From: an uncultured archaeon
Lineage (GTDB): Archaea; Nanobdellota; Nanobdellia; Woesearchaeales; CAIVOO01
DNA: 64,000 nucleotides
NCBI GenBank assembly: GCA_963845175.1
Contig: CAWJRI010000001.1
Location: 6,874-70,873 of the forward strand
Direction: 5' to 3'
Below are positions 18,932 to 27,529 of the stretch, piece by piece. A program made the translations under genes and the position numbers. Each line of letters begins with the position of its first letter. The stretch's first letter is position 1. Under the pieces are notes generated by a model, which was given only the letters and a program-made list of their open reading frames with translations, ran no database searches and was not told the DNA's origin.

Positions 18932-19657
18932 TTATAAACTCTGCGATTTACAGTAATTCTTTATTTCAAGATACCTCTCCAGCGCCCTGTCATTGCCAAA
19001 TGCAATCTCATAGTTCTTCAGCTCAGAGGGAGGGACCCAATTCCACTCTGAGGATTCTTCATTCAGCTTCAGCTCCCCTGTAAAGGTTGCAGTGTAGTAG
19101 AAAGTTATGTAGTCCTTCATTGTGTCATCAAAAAACTGGAACCGCGGTCCGTAGATTGTAAGCGCTGTCTCCTCCTTTGCCTCTTTCCTGCATGTATCCT
19201 CAAGCGTGTCGCCTGACTCGACCTTTCCTCCCGGAAGGCACCACTTGCCCCTGCCTTCATTGCTTGCCCTTTTCAAAAGCAGAATACTGTCTTTCAGATC
19301 CTCAAGAATAACTCTCGCAACAGGTATGGGGTGCCTTTCCATTTTATTTTTTGATTCCAAATATTCTTTGATGCTAAACTCCATCTTATTATGCGGAATG
19401 TCATACAGCAGGCTACCGCCCCCTTCTTTCATGATTTTCAGGTAATCTTCGTAGGTGTTTTCAGCCTCCTGCCTGCTGGCTGACGAATATAATTCGAGAA
19501 ATCTGGCTTTGTCGAACAGAAGATAAATTCTGAAGGGGTTGTTATGCAGTTCCAGCCCGTCAAGAACCAGGTCTATGGATGAAATAGGTTTGGCAATAAT
19601 ATTATATGGGTTTATTTTAACTGCATCCATGCGCAAATGTTTCGCAGGTTCGGACAT
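18932..19657 (-). CDS. Nudix hydrolase with an N-terminal domain of unknown function
   Basis: Nudix box GGKVESGDTLEDTCRKEAKEETAL. The N-terminal ~105 aa is paralogous to ORF 19734..20069. ATG at 19657; the track starts at TTG 19672. Confidence 0.75.
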   Translation of the reverse strand: MSEPAKHLRMDAVKINPYNIIAKPISSIDLVLDGLELHNNPFRIYLLFDKARFLELYSSASRQEAENTYEDYLKIMKEGGGSLLYDIPHNKMEFSIKEYLESKNKMERHPIPVARVILEDLKDSILLLKRASNEGRGKWCLPGGKVESGDTLEDTCRKEAKEETALTIYGPRFQFFDDTMKDYITFYYTATFTGELKLNEESSEWNWVPPSELKNYEIAFGNDRALERYLEIKNYCKSQSL

Positions 19658-19733
19658 GATAATATTAAGCAAATGCTTTCTTATAAATCTTTTGCAGAAG
19701 TTTTTGTCCGGGCTGGTGACAAAAATCTAAAAT

Positions 19734-20069
19734 TCATGCTGTTTTCTTTTCGTTAACTTCAAACCTTTTCGTTGCTGCATTATAAATCAGCGGGTAGTCG
19801 GTGCCGGACTTGATTAGGGCTGAATATTCCAGATACTTTCTTTCAGCCTCTTCCAGGATTTTTGACGAGAATAATATATATCGAGCATATTCAGATTTTT
19901 CTTTCGCCACCAGCACAACTGCATAGGGCTCGCGCCCCCTTTCAATCTCTTCAAGAACCAAGTCTATCGACTCCGGCTGCTTGAGAGCCATTTTTTTTGG
20001 CTCTAGTTTGATTGTCTCTGTGATCAATTTTTTAACCTTGATTTCCTGCAAAAGATTCAGTTCTGGCAT
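19734..20069 (-). CDS. Hypothetical protein, a stand-alone copy of the Nudix N-terminal domain
   Basis: PESIDLVLEEIERGREPYAVVL...EEAERKYLEYSALIKSG aligns with ISSIDLVLDGLELHNNPFRIYL...QEAENTYEDYLKIMKEG. Confidence 0.5.
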   Translation of the reverse strand: MPELNLLQEIKVKKLITETIKLEPKKMALKQPESIDLVLEEIERGREPYAVVLVAKEKSEYARYILFSSKILEEAERKYLEYSALIKSGTDYPLIYNAATKRFEVNEKKTA

Positions 20070-20077
20070 TTTGAAAG

Positions 20078-20488
20078 TTATTTAATTCGTGAAATATCCC
20101 CATTAATGACAACCGGCTTGACAGCTTCAATCTCAGTCCTGTAATGCATGTCAGGGATTGGGTTCCACAGGAATATCTTCTGGTTCAGGACATGGGCAAA
20201 GCCGATTTCCATCAGCGTATTGCCTCCAATATAGTTCTTGACGCCGTTCTTGTCAAGATTAATGACAAGAAGCGCATCAGCGCCCTGCATTGCCTTCCAG
20301 AAAACGCGGATTGCGTCCCTGTTGTATTTCTGGTGAAGCTTGATTTTCTCAATTTCTTCATTGTTTTTGCCTACCAGCGCCCTGTGCAGGTCTGTTACAA
20401 ACGCGTCATGGCCCAGCTTTCTCAGTTTGTCGCGCACTTCAAGAATTTCTTCAACAAACTGCATTGAGCCTGCTATTCCGATTCTCAT
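20078..20488 (-). CDS. nucleoside 2-deoxyribosyltransferase-like (NDT/DNPH1-type Rossmann) protein
   Basis: MRIGIAGSM..., ADALLVINLD... and IGGNTLMEIGFA resemble the NDT-like family. ATG at 20488 lies 1 nt after the upstream stop. Confidence 0.45.
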   Translation of the reverse strand: MRIGIAGSMQFVEEILEVRDKLRKLGHDAFVTDLHRALVGKNNEEIEKIKLHQKYNRDAIRVFWKAMQGADALLVINLDKNGVKNYIGGNTLMEIGFAHVLNQKIFLWNPIPDMHYRTEIEAVKPVVINGDISRIK

Positions 20489-20489
20489 T

Positions 20490-20837
20490 TTACCTGAACA
20501 CGACCTGCCCTTTTGTGAATCTTGAGACATCTGCTTTCGTGATATTCACGAAAGGCCCGACTTCCCTGTTTATCTTGTTGTACAATCCCAGCCCCTTCTG
20601 CGTCAGCCTCAATTGCCTGTTGTTGTAATTCAAATATTTCTTGTTTTCCAAATCCTCAAGGTTCTTGTACAATGCCCGGATTGATTTGTCGCAGATTTTC
20701 GCCTTCTTCGCCATCTCAATGAAGCTTATTTTAGAGACAGACATTGAAAGCGGAGCATCAGAGAATCTTCTGTTGCACTCCTGCAGATAATGGCATAAAG
20801 CATAAAGAACTATCCTGTGCTTTTTGCTGACCCCCAT
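20490..20837 (-). CDS. putative winged-helix DNA-binding protein
   Basis: MSVSKISFIEMAKKAKICDKSIRALYKNLEDLENKKYLNY...LRLTQKG is wHTH-like. It is the first gene of the Nudix operon. Confidence 0.4.
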   Translation of the reverse strand: MGVSKKHRIVLYALCHYLQECNRRFSDAPLSMSVSKISFIEMAKKAKICDKSIRALYKNLEDLENKKYLNYNNRQLRLTQKGLGLYNKINREVGPFVNITKADVSRFTKGQVVFR

Positions 20838-20914
20838 AATTGAGTATTAAGCAAATGAAGTTTTTAAAGGTTTCTTTGGAAATATTTAAATATACAGCCC
20901 GCTTATATACCTAT

Positions 20915-21214
20915 ATGAAAAGGTTAATTCTGCTGGTTCTTTTGGTTTCATTAGTCTTTGCAGGCTGCACCAAGAGCGATGGAATGAAGAGTTTAACAGG
21001 CGCAGCAGTAGGCGTTACAAGCGAGTGCTCTGATTCAGACGGCTTGAACCCGAACACAGCAGGAACAACAATCCTTAATTCTGACGGCAAGACAATCACA
21101 AGGCACGACCTATGCACCGCAAACTTTGTCACAGAATATTACTGCGAAGACAATCAGCTAAAGACGCAAAACTTCAGGTGCGAGAACACATGCGCTGAAG
21201 GCGCCTGCAAATAA
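20915..21214 (+). CDS. small secreted lipobox protein with a C-terminal Cys-rich module
   Basis: MKRLILLVLLVSLVFAGC, with C-terminus CSDSDG...EYYC...CENTCAEGACK. TTTAAATA at 20885-20892. Confidence 0.6.
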   Translation: MKRLILLVLLVSLVFAGCTKSDGMKSLTGAAVGVTSECSDSDGLNPNTAGTTILNSDGKTITRHDLCTANFVTEYYCEDNQLKTQNFRCENTCAEGACK

Positions 21215-21628
21215 TCAGGCTGCCATCTTGAAATGAGTTCTATTGTCTATTATATATGCCCCCCTTAAAATAAAAAATGTGAGCAGGCCATTTGCTTTCT
21301 CAAGCGCTTCATCTGAATAAAAATCAGCCACACCTATCATGGAAAGACTTCCGCTTCCCCTGCCAATGTTTAATTCCTTGACTTCTTTTCCTTCAATTAC
21401 AGCAAAAGCCTCCACAAGATCCTTTGCAATTGATGGACCGCTCTTCAATTGATTGACTGTTATTTTAAGCACCTTCGCAGCAAAATCCAGGCTATTGCCT
21501 GCCTTCGGCACCGGATAAACTATTTTTGAAATAACATTTACTAGGAAACGCACCATCAACTCTCCTTTTCCCAAGTCAAGGCCGCATTCATTTATTATAT
21601 CCTCTGTCAGCTTTTGTGGTTCCTGCAT
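21215..21628 (-). CDS. hypothetical protein
   Basis: 137-aa ORF with no confident motif. Confidence 0.4.
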   Translation of the reverse strand: MQEPQKLTEDIINECGLDLGKGELMVRFLVNVISKIVYPVPKAGNSLDFAAKVLKITVNQLKSGPSIAKDLVEAFAVIEGKEVKELNIGRGSGSLSMIGVADFYSDEALEKANGLLTFFILRGAYIIDNRTHFKMAA

Positions 21629-21637
21629 ATTATTTTT

Positions 21638-21898
21638 CTAAAACTTCATCAGCATGAATCCAACTGCAATCACAACCAATGTCCAGAGAGGGATTTTGAC
21701 AAGCATCCCTGCGTAATTCAATGCATAGAGCACGCCTATGATGAAGATGAGCCTTCCCGCTGCTCCGCCGTGGTGCTCCCTGTGAAATATCCAGTGATGC
21801 TTCCAGCCAGAGCATTCCATCCCTTCTTTGTGCTGCTCCATCTTTTTCCCTATCGCCTTCCCGATTTCATCCCAGTTTAGTTCCTTTTTCTTCGCCAT
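21638..21898 (-). CDS. small His-rich membrane protein
   Basis: ATG at 21898 follows GAGGTG. His-rich stretch (WKHHWIFHREHHGG) plus two TM helices. Confidence 0.45.
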   Translation of the reverse strand: MAKKKELNWDEIGKAIGKKMEQHKEGMECSGWKHHWIFHREHHGGAAGRLIFIIGVLYALNYAGMLVKIPLWTLVVIAVGFMLMKF

Positions 21899-22041
21899 TT
21901 GTATCACCTCGCTTTGATAGATTAATAGCCATTTCGAACTCTTGGCAAAGTATATCTCCTAAATTATATAAATATGCCTCTATTTTTAAAATCTTTTGCG
22001 TTGCAAAAGGTTTTTAAATACAAGTATACTGAACAACAAAA

Positions 22042-22656
22042 ATGAACAAAACAATTTTAATAATTTTTATGGCAGTGTGTTTAGTTCTTATGGGCTGTTC
22101 CAAAGAACCGTTTTGCAAAAGTCCTTCTATAGAATATCAGAAAGGAAGCTGCTGTTTGGACTCAAATTCCAATAACATCTGTGACATTAATGAAACAGTT
22201 GTTCAAGCTCAACCAGAAACAAACGCTACAGAAACACAGCAAACAGTTGTTCAAGCTCAACCAGAAACAAACACTACAGAAACGCCACAACCAGTCCAAT
22301 CCAGTGTTCAATCTGCAACCATGAAGCCTGAAGAGAACAGGCTGTGCCCAATTAATTATACAATAATATATGTTCCGGGAGCCTGCAAAATTAAAAATGA
22401 CAGCGTTACTTTTGCACTCAGGGGGCTGGGAAGCGCAGGAATCAACGGAGCCTGGCTTTACACGACAGACACAAATGGAAACACCAGCTATTGGAAAGAT
22501 ACAGCAAGCGGAGCAAAGAACACGAATGTCATATTTAATGTGCCAGCAAAGAATGTAATGAAAATGCTCGCGCTTCCAATAAAAGACAGCACGGCATGTT
22601 TAAACCAACGGGTATATGTAATAAACAATGAAGTATGTATTAACCTAAAAAGTTAA
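22042..22656 (+). CDS. secreted lipobox protein with a tandem-repeat linker
   Basis: MNKTILIIFMAVCLVLMGC, with a duplicated TVVQAQPETN(A/T)TET segment. Confidence 0.6.
   Translation: MNKTILIIFMAVCLVLMGCSKEPFCKSPSIEYQKGSCCLDSNSNNICDINETVVQAQPETNATETQQTVVQAQPETNTTETPQPVQSSVQSATMKPEENRLCPINYTIIYVPGACKIKNDSVTFALRGLGSAGINGAWLYTTDTNGNTSYWKDTASGAKNTNVIFNVPAKNVMKMLALPIKDSTACLNQRVYVINNEVCINLKS
22195..22290 (+). repeat. 2 x 48-bp in-frame tandem repeat
   Basis: Units at 22195-22242 and 22243-22290 differ at a few positions. Confidence 0.9.
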
Positions 22657-22687
22657 AAGATTTCTGTACAGCATAGAAAAAATCTAA

Positions 22688-22761
22688 TAGCCCCGGGCGG
22701 ATTCGAACCGCCGTCCCGAGATCCAAAGTCTCGGATGATTGACCGGCTACACTACGGGGCT
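22688..22761 (-). tRNA. tRNA-Gln (anticodon UUG)
   Basis: 74-nt cloverleaf. Acceptor AGCCCCG/CGGGGCU, T-arm GGCGG-UUCGAAU-CCGCC, anticodon arm CGAGA-CUUUGGA-UCUCG. No encoded CCA and no intron. Confidence 0.9.
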
Positions 22762-22836
22762 GTATAAAAGACTGATATTGGCTTATTTTTATAAATTTTC
22801 GCAATATTTATATATTAATGCCCTTTAAACATATAT

Positions 22837-23670
22837 ATGGTTCATAAACTTATTCAGAGGAATTTCATAGTTATCTGGATTATTGTACTGCTTTCTTTGG
22901 TGCTGGTTCTCACACTGCTTCTTACTGGCTGTAGCAGAGGAACAACTGTGATAAGCGCAAAGGAAATCCCAAACAAGACAGCAGAGGCTGAAAAGCCAGT
23001 ACCTGCTCAGCCGAATGCAGTTGTAAATACCACAAAAAATATTTCTGCAGAAAAGAAGCCGGCTGCGCCTGCTGCAGCTGATTCGTCATCAAAAAAAGAC
23101 CTGAAGCTTGTAAATATTTTAGCAAGCACGATTTATCCACAGCCCAATGAATTATTTGACGTGACAGCCAATGTTCAAAACCCTGGGCAGGAAAAAATAG
23201 ATTCGTTTGAATACCTCATCAATATAATGAAAGGCGGCGCACTGGAAAAAACACAGAGGGGCGAAGGCGGAGAGCTGCCTGCCGGCGGAAAAATAAAGAT
23301 AAAGAATGAATTTTCACTTTCGTCAAAAGGAGAATATGTAATTGAAGTTATACTTGACCCAGGCAACAAGGTAAAAGAATTTAATGAAGCAAACAACAAC
23401 AATACATTCACAATCAATGTTGTCGCGCCTTCCAACACAACAACGCATGCAAACGAGGTGGCTGCACCAGTGTCATCAGGAGCATGCACAGACACTGATG
23501 GGGGACTGATTTATACAGCGAAGGGAAAGTGCACAGACCAGGGAGCATATAGCGCAGGCTTCAATGACTTTTGCTCTTCAAGCACAGAACTGGTTGAAAT
23601 GTATTGCAAGAACGGAGTCTGTGCGCAGACTAATCATTATTGCTCTTGCTCAGAAGGCGCCTGCAAATAA
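22837..23670 (+). CDS. secreted lipobox protein with a CARDB-like domain and a C-terminal Cys-rich module
   Basis: LLLTGCSRG lipobox. CARDB-like segment (DVTANVQNPGQEKID...VILDPGNKVKEFNEANNN). C-terminus CTDTDGG...EMYC...CSCSEGACK. Confidence 0.6.
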   Translation: MVHKLIQRNFIVIWIIVLLSLVLVLTLLLTGCSRGTTVISAKEIPNKTAEAEKPVPAQPNAVVNTTKNISAEKKPAAPAAADSSSKKDLKLVNILASTIYPQPNELFDVTANVQNPGQEKIDSFEYLINIMKGGALEKTQRGEGGELPAGGKIKIKNEFSLSSKGEYVIEVILDPGNKVKEFNEANNNNTFTINVVAPSNTTTHANEVAAPVSSGACTDTDGGLIYTAKGKCTDQGAYSAGFNDFCSSSTELVEMYCKNGVCAQTNHYCSCSEGACK

Positions 23671-23700
23671 CACTCAAAAAACAAAAAAGGAGGTGAACAG

Positions 23701-24060
23701 ATGGCAAAGAAAGACGGATGGATTTTGGTAGGGAAGTATGCGTTTCTTATCGGCCTGATATTGTCTGTACTTGGCGGGATAGTTCCGCTCGGCGCCTACT
23801 CGTCTATTGTGATTTCAATAATAGTGGTAATCGGACTTTTGGTAGGCCTGATAAACATATCAGCCAAAGACACAATACCTTACCTGGTAGCGTCAGTGGT
23901 GCTCGTTTTGGTGGCTGGTTTCGGAGGAGCTGCACTTGCAAATGTGAGTTATGTCGGCGGATACCTCAGAAACATACTGGGAATGCTGATGACACTGGTT
24001 GTGCCTGCAGCAATAATAGTTTCATTGAAAGAGCTCTACGTGTTTGCTGAAAAAAGGTAA
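23701..24060 (+). CDS. multi-TM membrane protein
   Basis: 119 aa with four hydrophobic helices. Confidence 0.5.
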   Translation: MAKKDGWILVGKYAFLIGLILSVLGGIVPLGAYSSIVISIIVVIGLLVGLINISAKDTIPYLVASVVLVLVAGFGGAALANVSYVGGYLRNILGMLMTLVVPAAIIVSLKELYVFAEKR

Positions 24061-24084
24061 ACATTTTTTCTTTTTTTTATTAAA

Positions 24085-25032
24085 ATGTATGACATAATAT
24101 CAGTTGGAAGCGCGACAAGGGACATATTTGTCTGGACAGATGCAAAACTAAAGAAGGGGATGTTCTGCTATCCTGTCGGCGCAAAGATTCTTGCCACCAA
24201 TATTGACTTTCACTCGGGCGGCGGCGGGACAAATACAGCTGTCTCGTTCGCAAGAAAAGGGCTGAAGGCAGCCTATCTCGGCATGCTCGGCAGGGACAGC
24301 AATGGCATCTACATCAGGACTCTGCTTGACGCCTCCGGCGTTGATTTCATAGGCAACATCGGCAAAGAGATGACAGGCGTCTCAGTAATCCTTGACAGCA
24401 GGACAAAGCATGACAGGACAATTCTCGCCTACAAGGGTGTGAACAACCAGCTTAAATTTTCGCAGATAAAGCTTTCAAAGCTGAAGACAAAATGGTTCTA
24501 TTTCTGCGCAATGGAGGGCGAGTCATTCAAAACACTGGAGAAGCTTGCGGACTATGCAAAAAGAAAAAAGATCAAGGTCATGTTCAATCCAAGCTCATAC
24601 CTTGCAAAGGAGGGCATGAATCACCTGAAAAGAATAATCTCTGCAACAGACATCCTTGTGCTGAACAAGGAGGAGGCGGAATTATTGGCTGGCAGGGGCA
24701 GCATGAACGAGCTTCTGAAAAGGCTCCAGAAGCATGTCAAAATCGTGATTATCACAGACGGAAGCAACGGAGCTTGCGCCTACAACGGAATACAAAAATA
24801 CTTTGTGAAAAGGAATGTGAAGGTTGTGGAGGCGACAGGCGCAGGCGACGCATTCGGCTCCGGATTTCTCACTGGGATTATCCTGAAGAAGGATTTGGAG
24901 TTTGCGATGAAGCTTGCGCAGGCAAATGCCGAATCTGTTTTGAAATATGTCGGGGCAAAGGACAATCTTCTGTATGCAAACGAGATAAAAGGGGCGATTA
25001 GGGGACTTAAAGTCAGGATTGAAAAAATATGA
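24085..25032 (+). CDS. PfkB-family sugar/nucleoside kinase
   Basis: GGGGTNTAV and the C-terminal TGAGDAFGSGF signature. Confidence 0.8.
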   Translation: MYDIISVGSATRDIFVWTDAKLKKGMFCYPVGAKILATNIDFHSGGGGTNTAVSFARKGLKAAYLGMLGRDSNGIYIRTLLDASGVDFIGNIGKEMTGVSVILDSRTKHDRTILAYKGVNNQLKFSQIKLSKLKTKWFYFCAMEGESFKTLEKLADYAKRKKIKVMFNPSSYLAKEGMNHLKRIISATDILVLNKEEAELLAGRGSMNELLKRLQKHVKIVIITDGSNGACAYNGIQKYFVKRNVKVVEATGAGDAFGSGFLTGIILKKDLEFAMKLAQANAESVLKYVGAKDNLLYANEIKGAIRGLKVRIEKI

Positions 25033-25559
25033 ACTATAATCTGAACACAGACATTCTTCTGTCAGTTGAATACTTGAAATTCCTGCTTAAGTCAGGCTAC
25101 TCAGTTAAAGATGCTGTGAAAATAATTTCAAACAGGAAGCTCGGCGCAGTATCCGACCTTTTTGACAGCTCTCTGAAAAAGATGGAGTCCGGGAAGACGC
25201 TTAACGAAGCGCTCGCTGAGCAGGCCTCCGCACTCTCCGGAAACCTGAAAGAGCTTTTTCTTTCGCTGTCGAGCACCATGCCTGTCGAGAGCCTCGATTC
25301 GCTTGAAAAGAAGGCAATGGACACAAGAACCAATACAATTGAAAATTTGTCGAAAAAAGCAGGAAATCAGATTGGGAAGATAGCGCTTGTGCTCCTGATA
25401 CCCATGTTTTACTATTTTTTTGTTGCACTGAAAACTATTTTTGAGTCGATCGGCTGGAATGTGGCGGTTCCCCCGAATGCCGAGCTGGTTGTGCTCGGAG
25501 CAGTTGTCGCCCTGCTGGTTGTAATAATTTATCTGATGAGGTACAAAGAAAATGGATAA
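25029..25559 (+). CDS. membrane protein, possibly a T2SS-F/TadB-like pilus assembly domain
   Basis: SGYSVKDAVKII...GKTLNEALAEQA pattern followed by TM helices. Confidence 0.35.
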   Translation: MNYNLNTDILLSVEYLKFLLKSGYSVKDAVKIISNRKLGAVSDLFDSSLKKMESGKTLNEALAEQASALSGNLKELFLSLSSTMPVESLDSLEKKAMDTRTNTIENLSKKAGNQIGKIALVLLIPMFYYFFVALKTIFESIGWNVAVPPNAELVVLGAVVALLVVIIYLMRYKENG

Positions 25560-26217
25560 CTCAGTAATTGCGCTTGCAGTATCTGCAATAATCTATCTTT
25601 TTTATTCAGCGTACAAGGGAGGAAAGGAAAACACAGATAAGAAAGTGGCGGGCGCATTGAGGGATATTTCAAGGGCAGGCAATTTTGACCAGATGCTGAA
25701 ATATCTTACAGAAAGAAATGATTTCCTCGGCAGCGATTTCAGGAAGGCAAAGCAAAGGCTGGACAGGGGCGAGGATGTTGAGCAGGTTCTTATGGATGTT
25801 TCAATCAAGAAAAGCGTCATTTACAAATGCCTGACAGACAGCCTTGTTGTTGCACACAAGTCACCGGCAGACTTTTCAAAAAGCATGTTCGAGTTCTCTG
25901 AAAAGCTTGCTCACTTTGAGGAGATTAACGGAAAAATGAAATCAGTCATGCGGGTCTCCGCCATTCTAATTCAGATGATTGCAATAGTTGTTGTTCCTTT
26001 GATGTACATAATTATGTCGCACATGCTTGGTTTCGAGCTTACAAATGTAACTTTTATTTTCTTCGGCGCAGTTGCCTTTATCACCTCTATGCTGCCGCTG
26101 ATAGCCTTCGGAAATATTGCAGACAGCGTTTTCTTCCTGCCGCTCGGCATGTCAGCGTTCTACTTCATAATCACAGTGGTTTCCCCGCTGCTGCTTAATT
26201 TCCTCGGAAGCTTCTAA
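25552..26217 (+). CDS. membrane protein, possibly a T2SS-F/TadC-like domain
   Basis: N-terminal TM, a helical soluble domain and C-terminal TM helices. It overlaps the upstream gene by 8 nt. Confidence 0.35.
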   Translation: MDNSVIALAVSAIIYLFYSAYKGGKENTDKKVAGALRDISRAGNFDQMLKYLTERNDFLGSDFRKAKQRLDRGEDVEQVLMDVSIKKSVIYKCLTDSLVVAHKSPADFSKSMFEFSEKLAHFEEINGKMKSVMRVSAILIQMIAIVVVPLMYIIMSHMLGFELTNVTFIFFGAVAFITSMLPLIAFGNIADSVFFLPLGMSAFYFIITVVSPLLLNFLGSF

Positions 26218-26349
26218 AACCAGGCTTATTAAGATGAAACTAAAAGAAGGAGTTAAATCAGGTGCACTTGTGCATGATCTTGAATTAGTTTATCGGAGTA
26301 TACAAAGACACAGATAATTTTATATAATACCTATACTTAATTCTCATTA

Positions 26350-26688
26350 ATGAACTGGATTGAATTATTTGATAAATTAATTATAGGAATTGCAACAGAA
26401 TTGAAATTAAAGTTTTTTAAAACTAGTGGTGGTTATTTATTATCTCATGAAAATGTTTTTATTGGAGGGGTTTCTTATATTATTGGTAGAAACGAAAAAT
26501 TAAGGATATTGGTTAATCCTGCTCCCGCCAGATTTAAAGGAATGCCTATAGAAAGTATTCCTAAAGTTTCTGCATTCTTAGAAAGATCAATTGATTTAGG
26601 CGAGTATACAATGGAAGAATTACAAGGTAAAAATTCAAAGGCCAGAATAGCCATAATTTCGGCCATAATAAAGCAAATAGGAAAATGA
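26350..26688 (+). CDS. hypothetical protein (AT-rich island)
   Basis: 112-aa ORF in a very AT-rich segment. Confidence 0.4.
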   Translation: MNWIELFDKLIIGIATELKLKFFKTSGGYLLSHENVFIGGVSYIIGRNEKLRILVNPAPARFKGMPIESIPKVSAFLERSIDLGEYTMEELQGKNSKARIAIISAIIKQIGK

Positions 26689-26761
26689 TTATCTTTCTAT
26701 CTTCAGCAGATTTGCTAACTTTATAGAAATGTTTATAAATTTCATTATACTATTAAATATA

Positions 26762-27286
26762 ATGAAACGTGAATTAGTATTAGAAAAAGAAGATTATGAA
26801 ATTTTAAATCCAATTTTAGATATTCAAGCTAAATTCAAAACAGATGGCTGGAAGCCCGAATATGCCCAAGTAATTAAACAATGTGTTTCTAATCTTAATA
26901 AGGTACTTGAAGAAGTAAATAAAGAAGTAATATATAGAAATGAAAATAAAATAATGATAAATTATTCTTTTACAGAATTTTATGCTTCAATATACCAAGT
27001 ATTTACTCAAGCCAAGGATGAAAGTTTTTTAGAATTATTAGTTAGCGAAGTTCCTGAACTTGTAGAAATCATCCCAAAAGCAAACAATCTTTGGGATGAA
27101 ATAAAATTAAACTGTAAAATTATTCCTTTAAGTGGTCCGAGAGTCCCAGACTTTATATTTCAACCAGAAGAACTTTCTAATGGAACTTACGAAGGAATTC
27201 CAATTGAGGAAATAGTAAAGAATTCAAGAGATATTGGTGAGTATTTAAAAGAATTTGCAAAAGAACATTCTGATGTATTAAAATAA
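26762..27286 (+). CDS. hypothetical protein (AT-rich island)
   Basis: ATG at 26762 lies 22 nt after TTTATAAA (26732-26739). The track starts at 26729. Confidence 0.4.
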   Translation: MKRELVLEKEDYEILNPILDIQAKFKTDGWKPEYAQVIKQCVSNLNKVLEEVNKEVIYRNENKIMINYSFTEFYASIYQVFTQAKDESFLELLVSEVPELVEIIPKANNLWDEIKLNCKIIPLSGPRVPDFIFQPEELSNGTYEGIPIEEIVKNSRDIGEYLKEFAKEHSDVLK

Positions 27287-27296
27287 TTACTTTTCG

Positions 27297-27328
27297 TTCT
27301 TTCTTGACTTTGTCAAGAAGAATTTTTG
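27297..27328 (+). terminator. hairpin TTCTTGAC-TTT-GTCAAGAA followed by TTTTT
   Basis: Perfect 8-bp stem at 27301-27308 / 27312-27319, extendable, with a T5 run at 27323-27327. It begins 10 nt after the stop at 27286. Confidence 0.55.
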
Positions 27329-27529
27329 TGCAAAGCCCCTAAAACCAAAATGCTTATAAATAGAGGATTCGTAATCATAGACTTCGAGGGTTGATAAGTA
27401 TTGATTAATTACGACAGAAGACTTGTACACAGAGAAAATGAGAAGGAAACTGATCCGATTTTGAAAAATCTCATCTGGATCATGGCGATCCTTGTGCTGT
27501 TTTTGATTGTGCTGTAAAAAAGAGGCGAA

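Noticed and set aside
27420-27520. Tiny ORFs (MRRKLIRF, and an 11-18-aa hydrophobic peptide ...MAILVLFLIVL) upstream of the aldolase gene.
   Set aside because: They are too short to support from sequence alone, and no conservation evidence is available.
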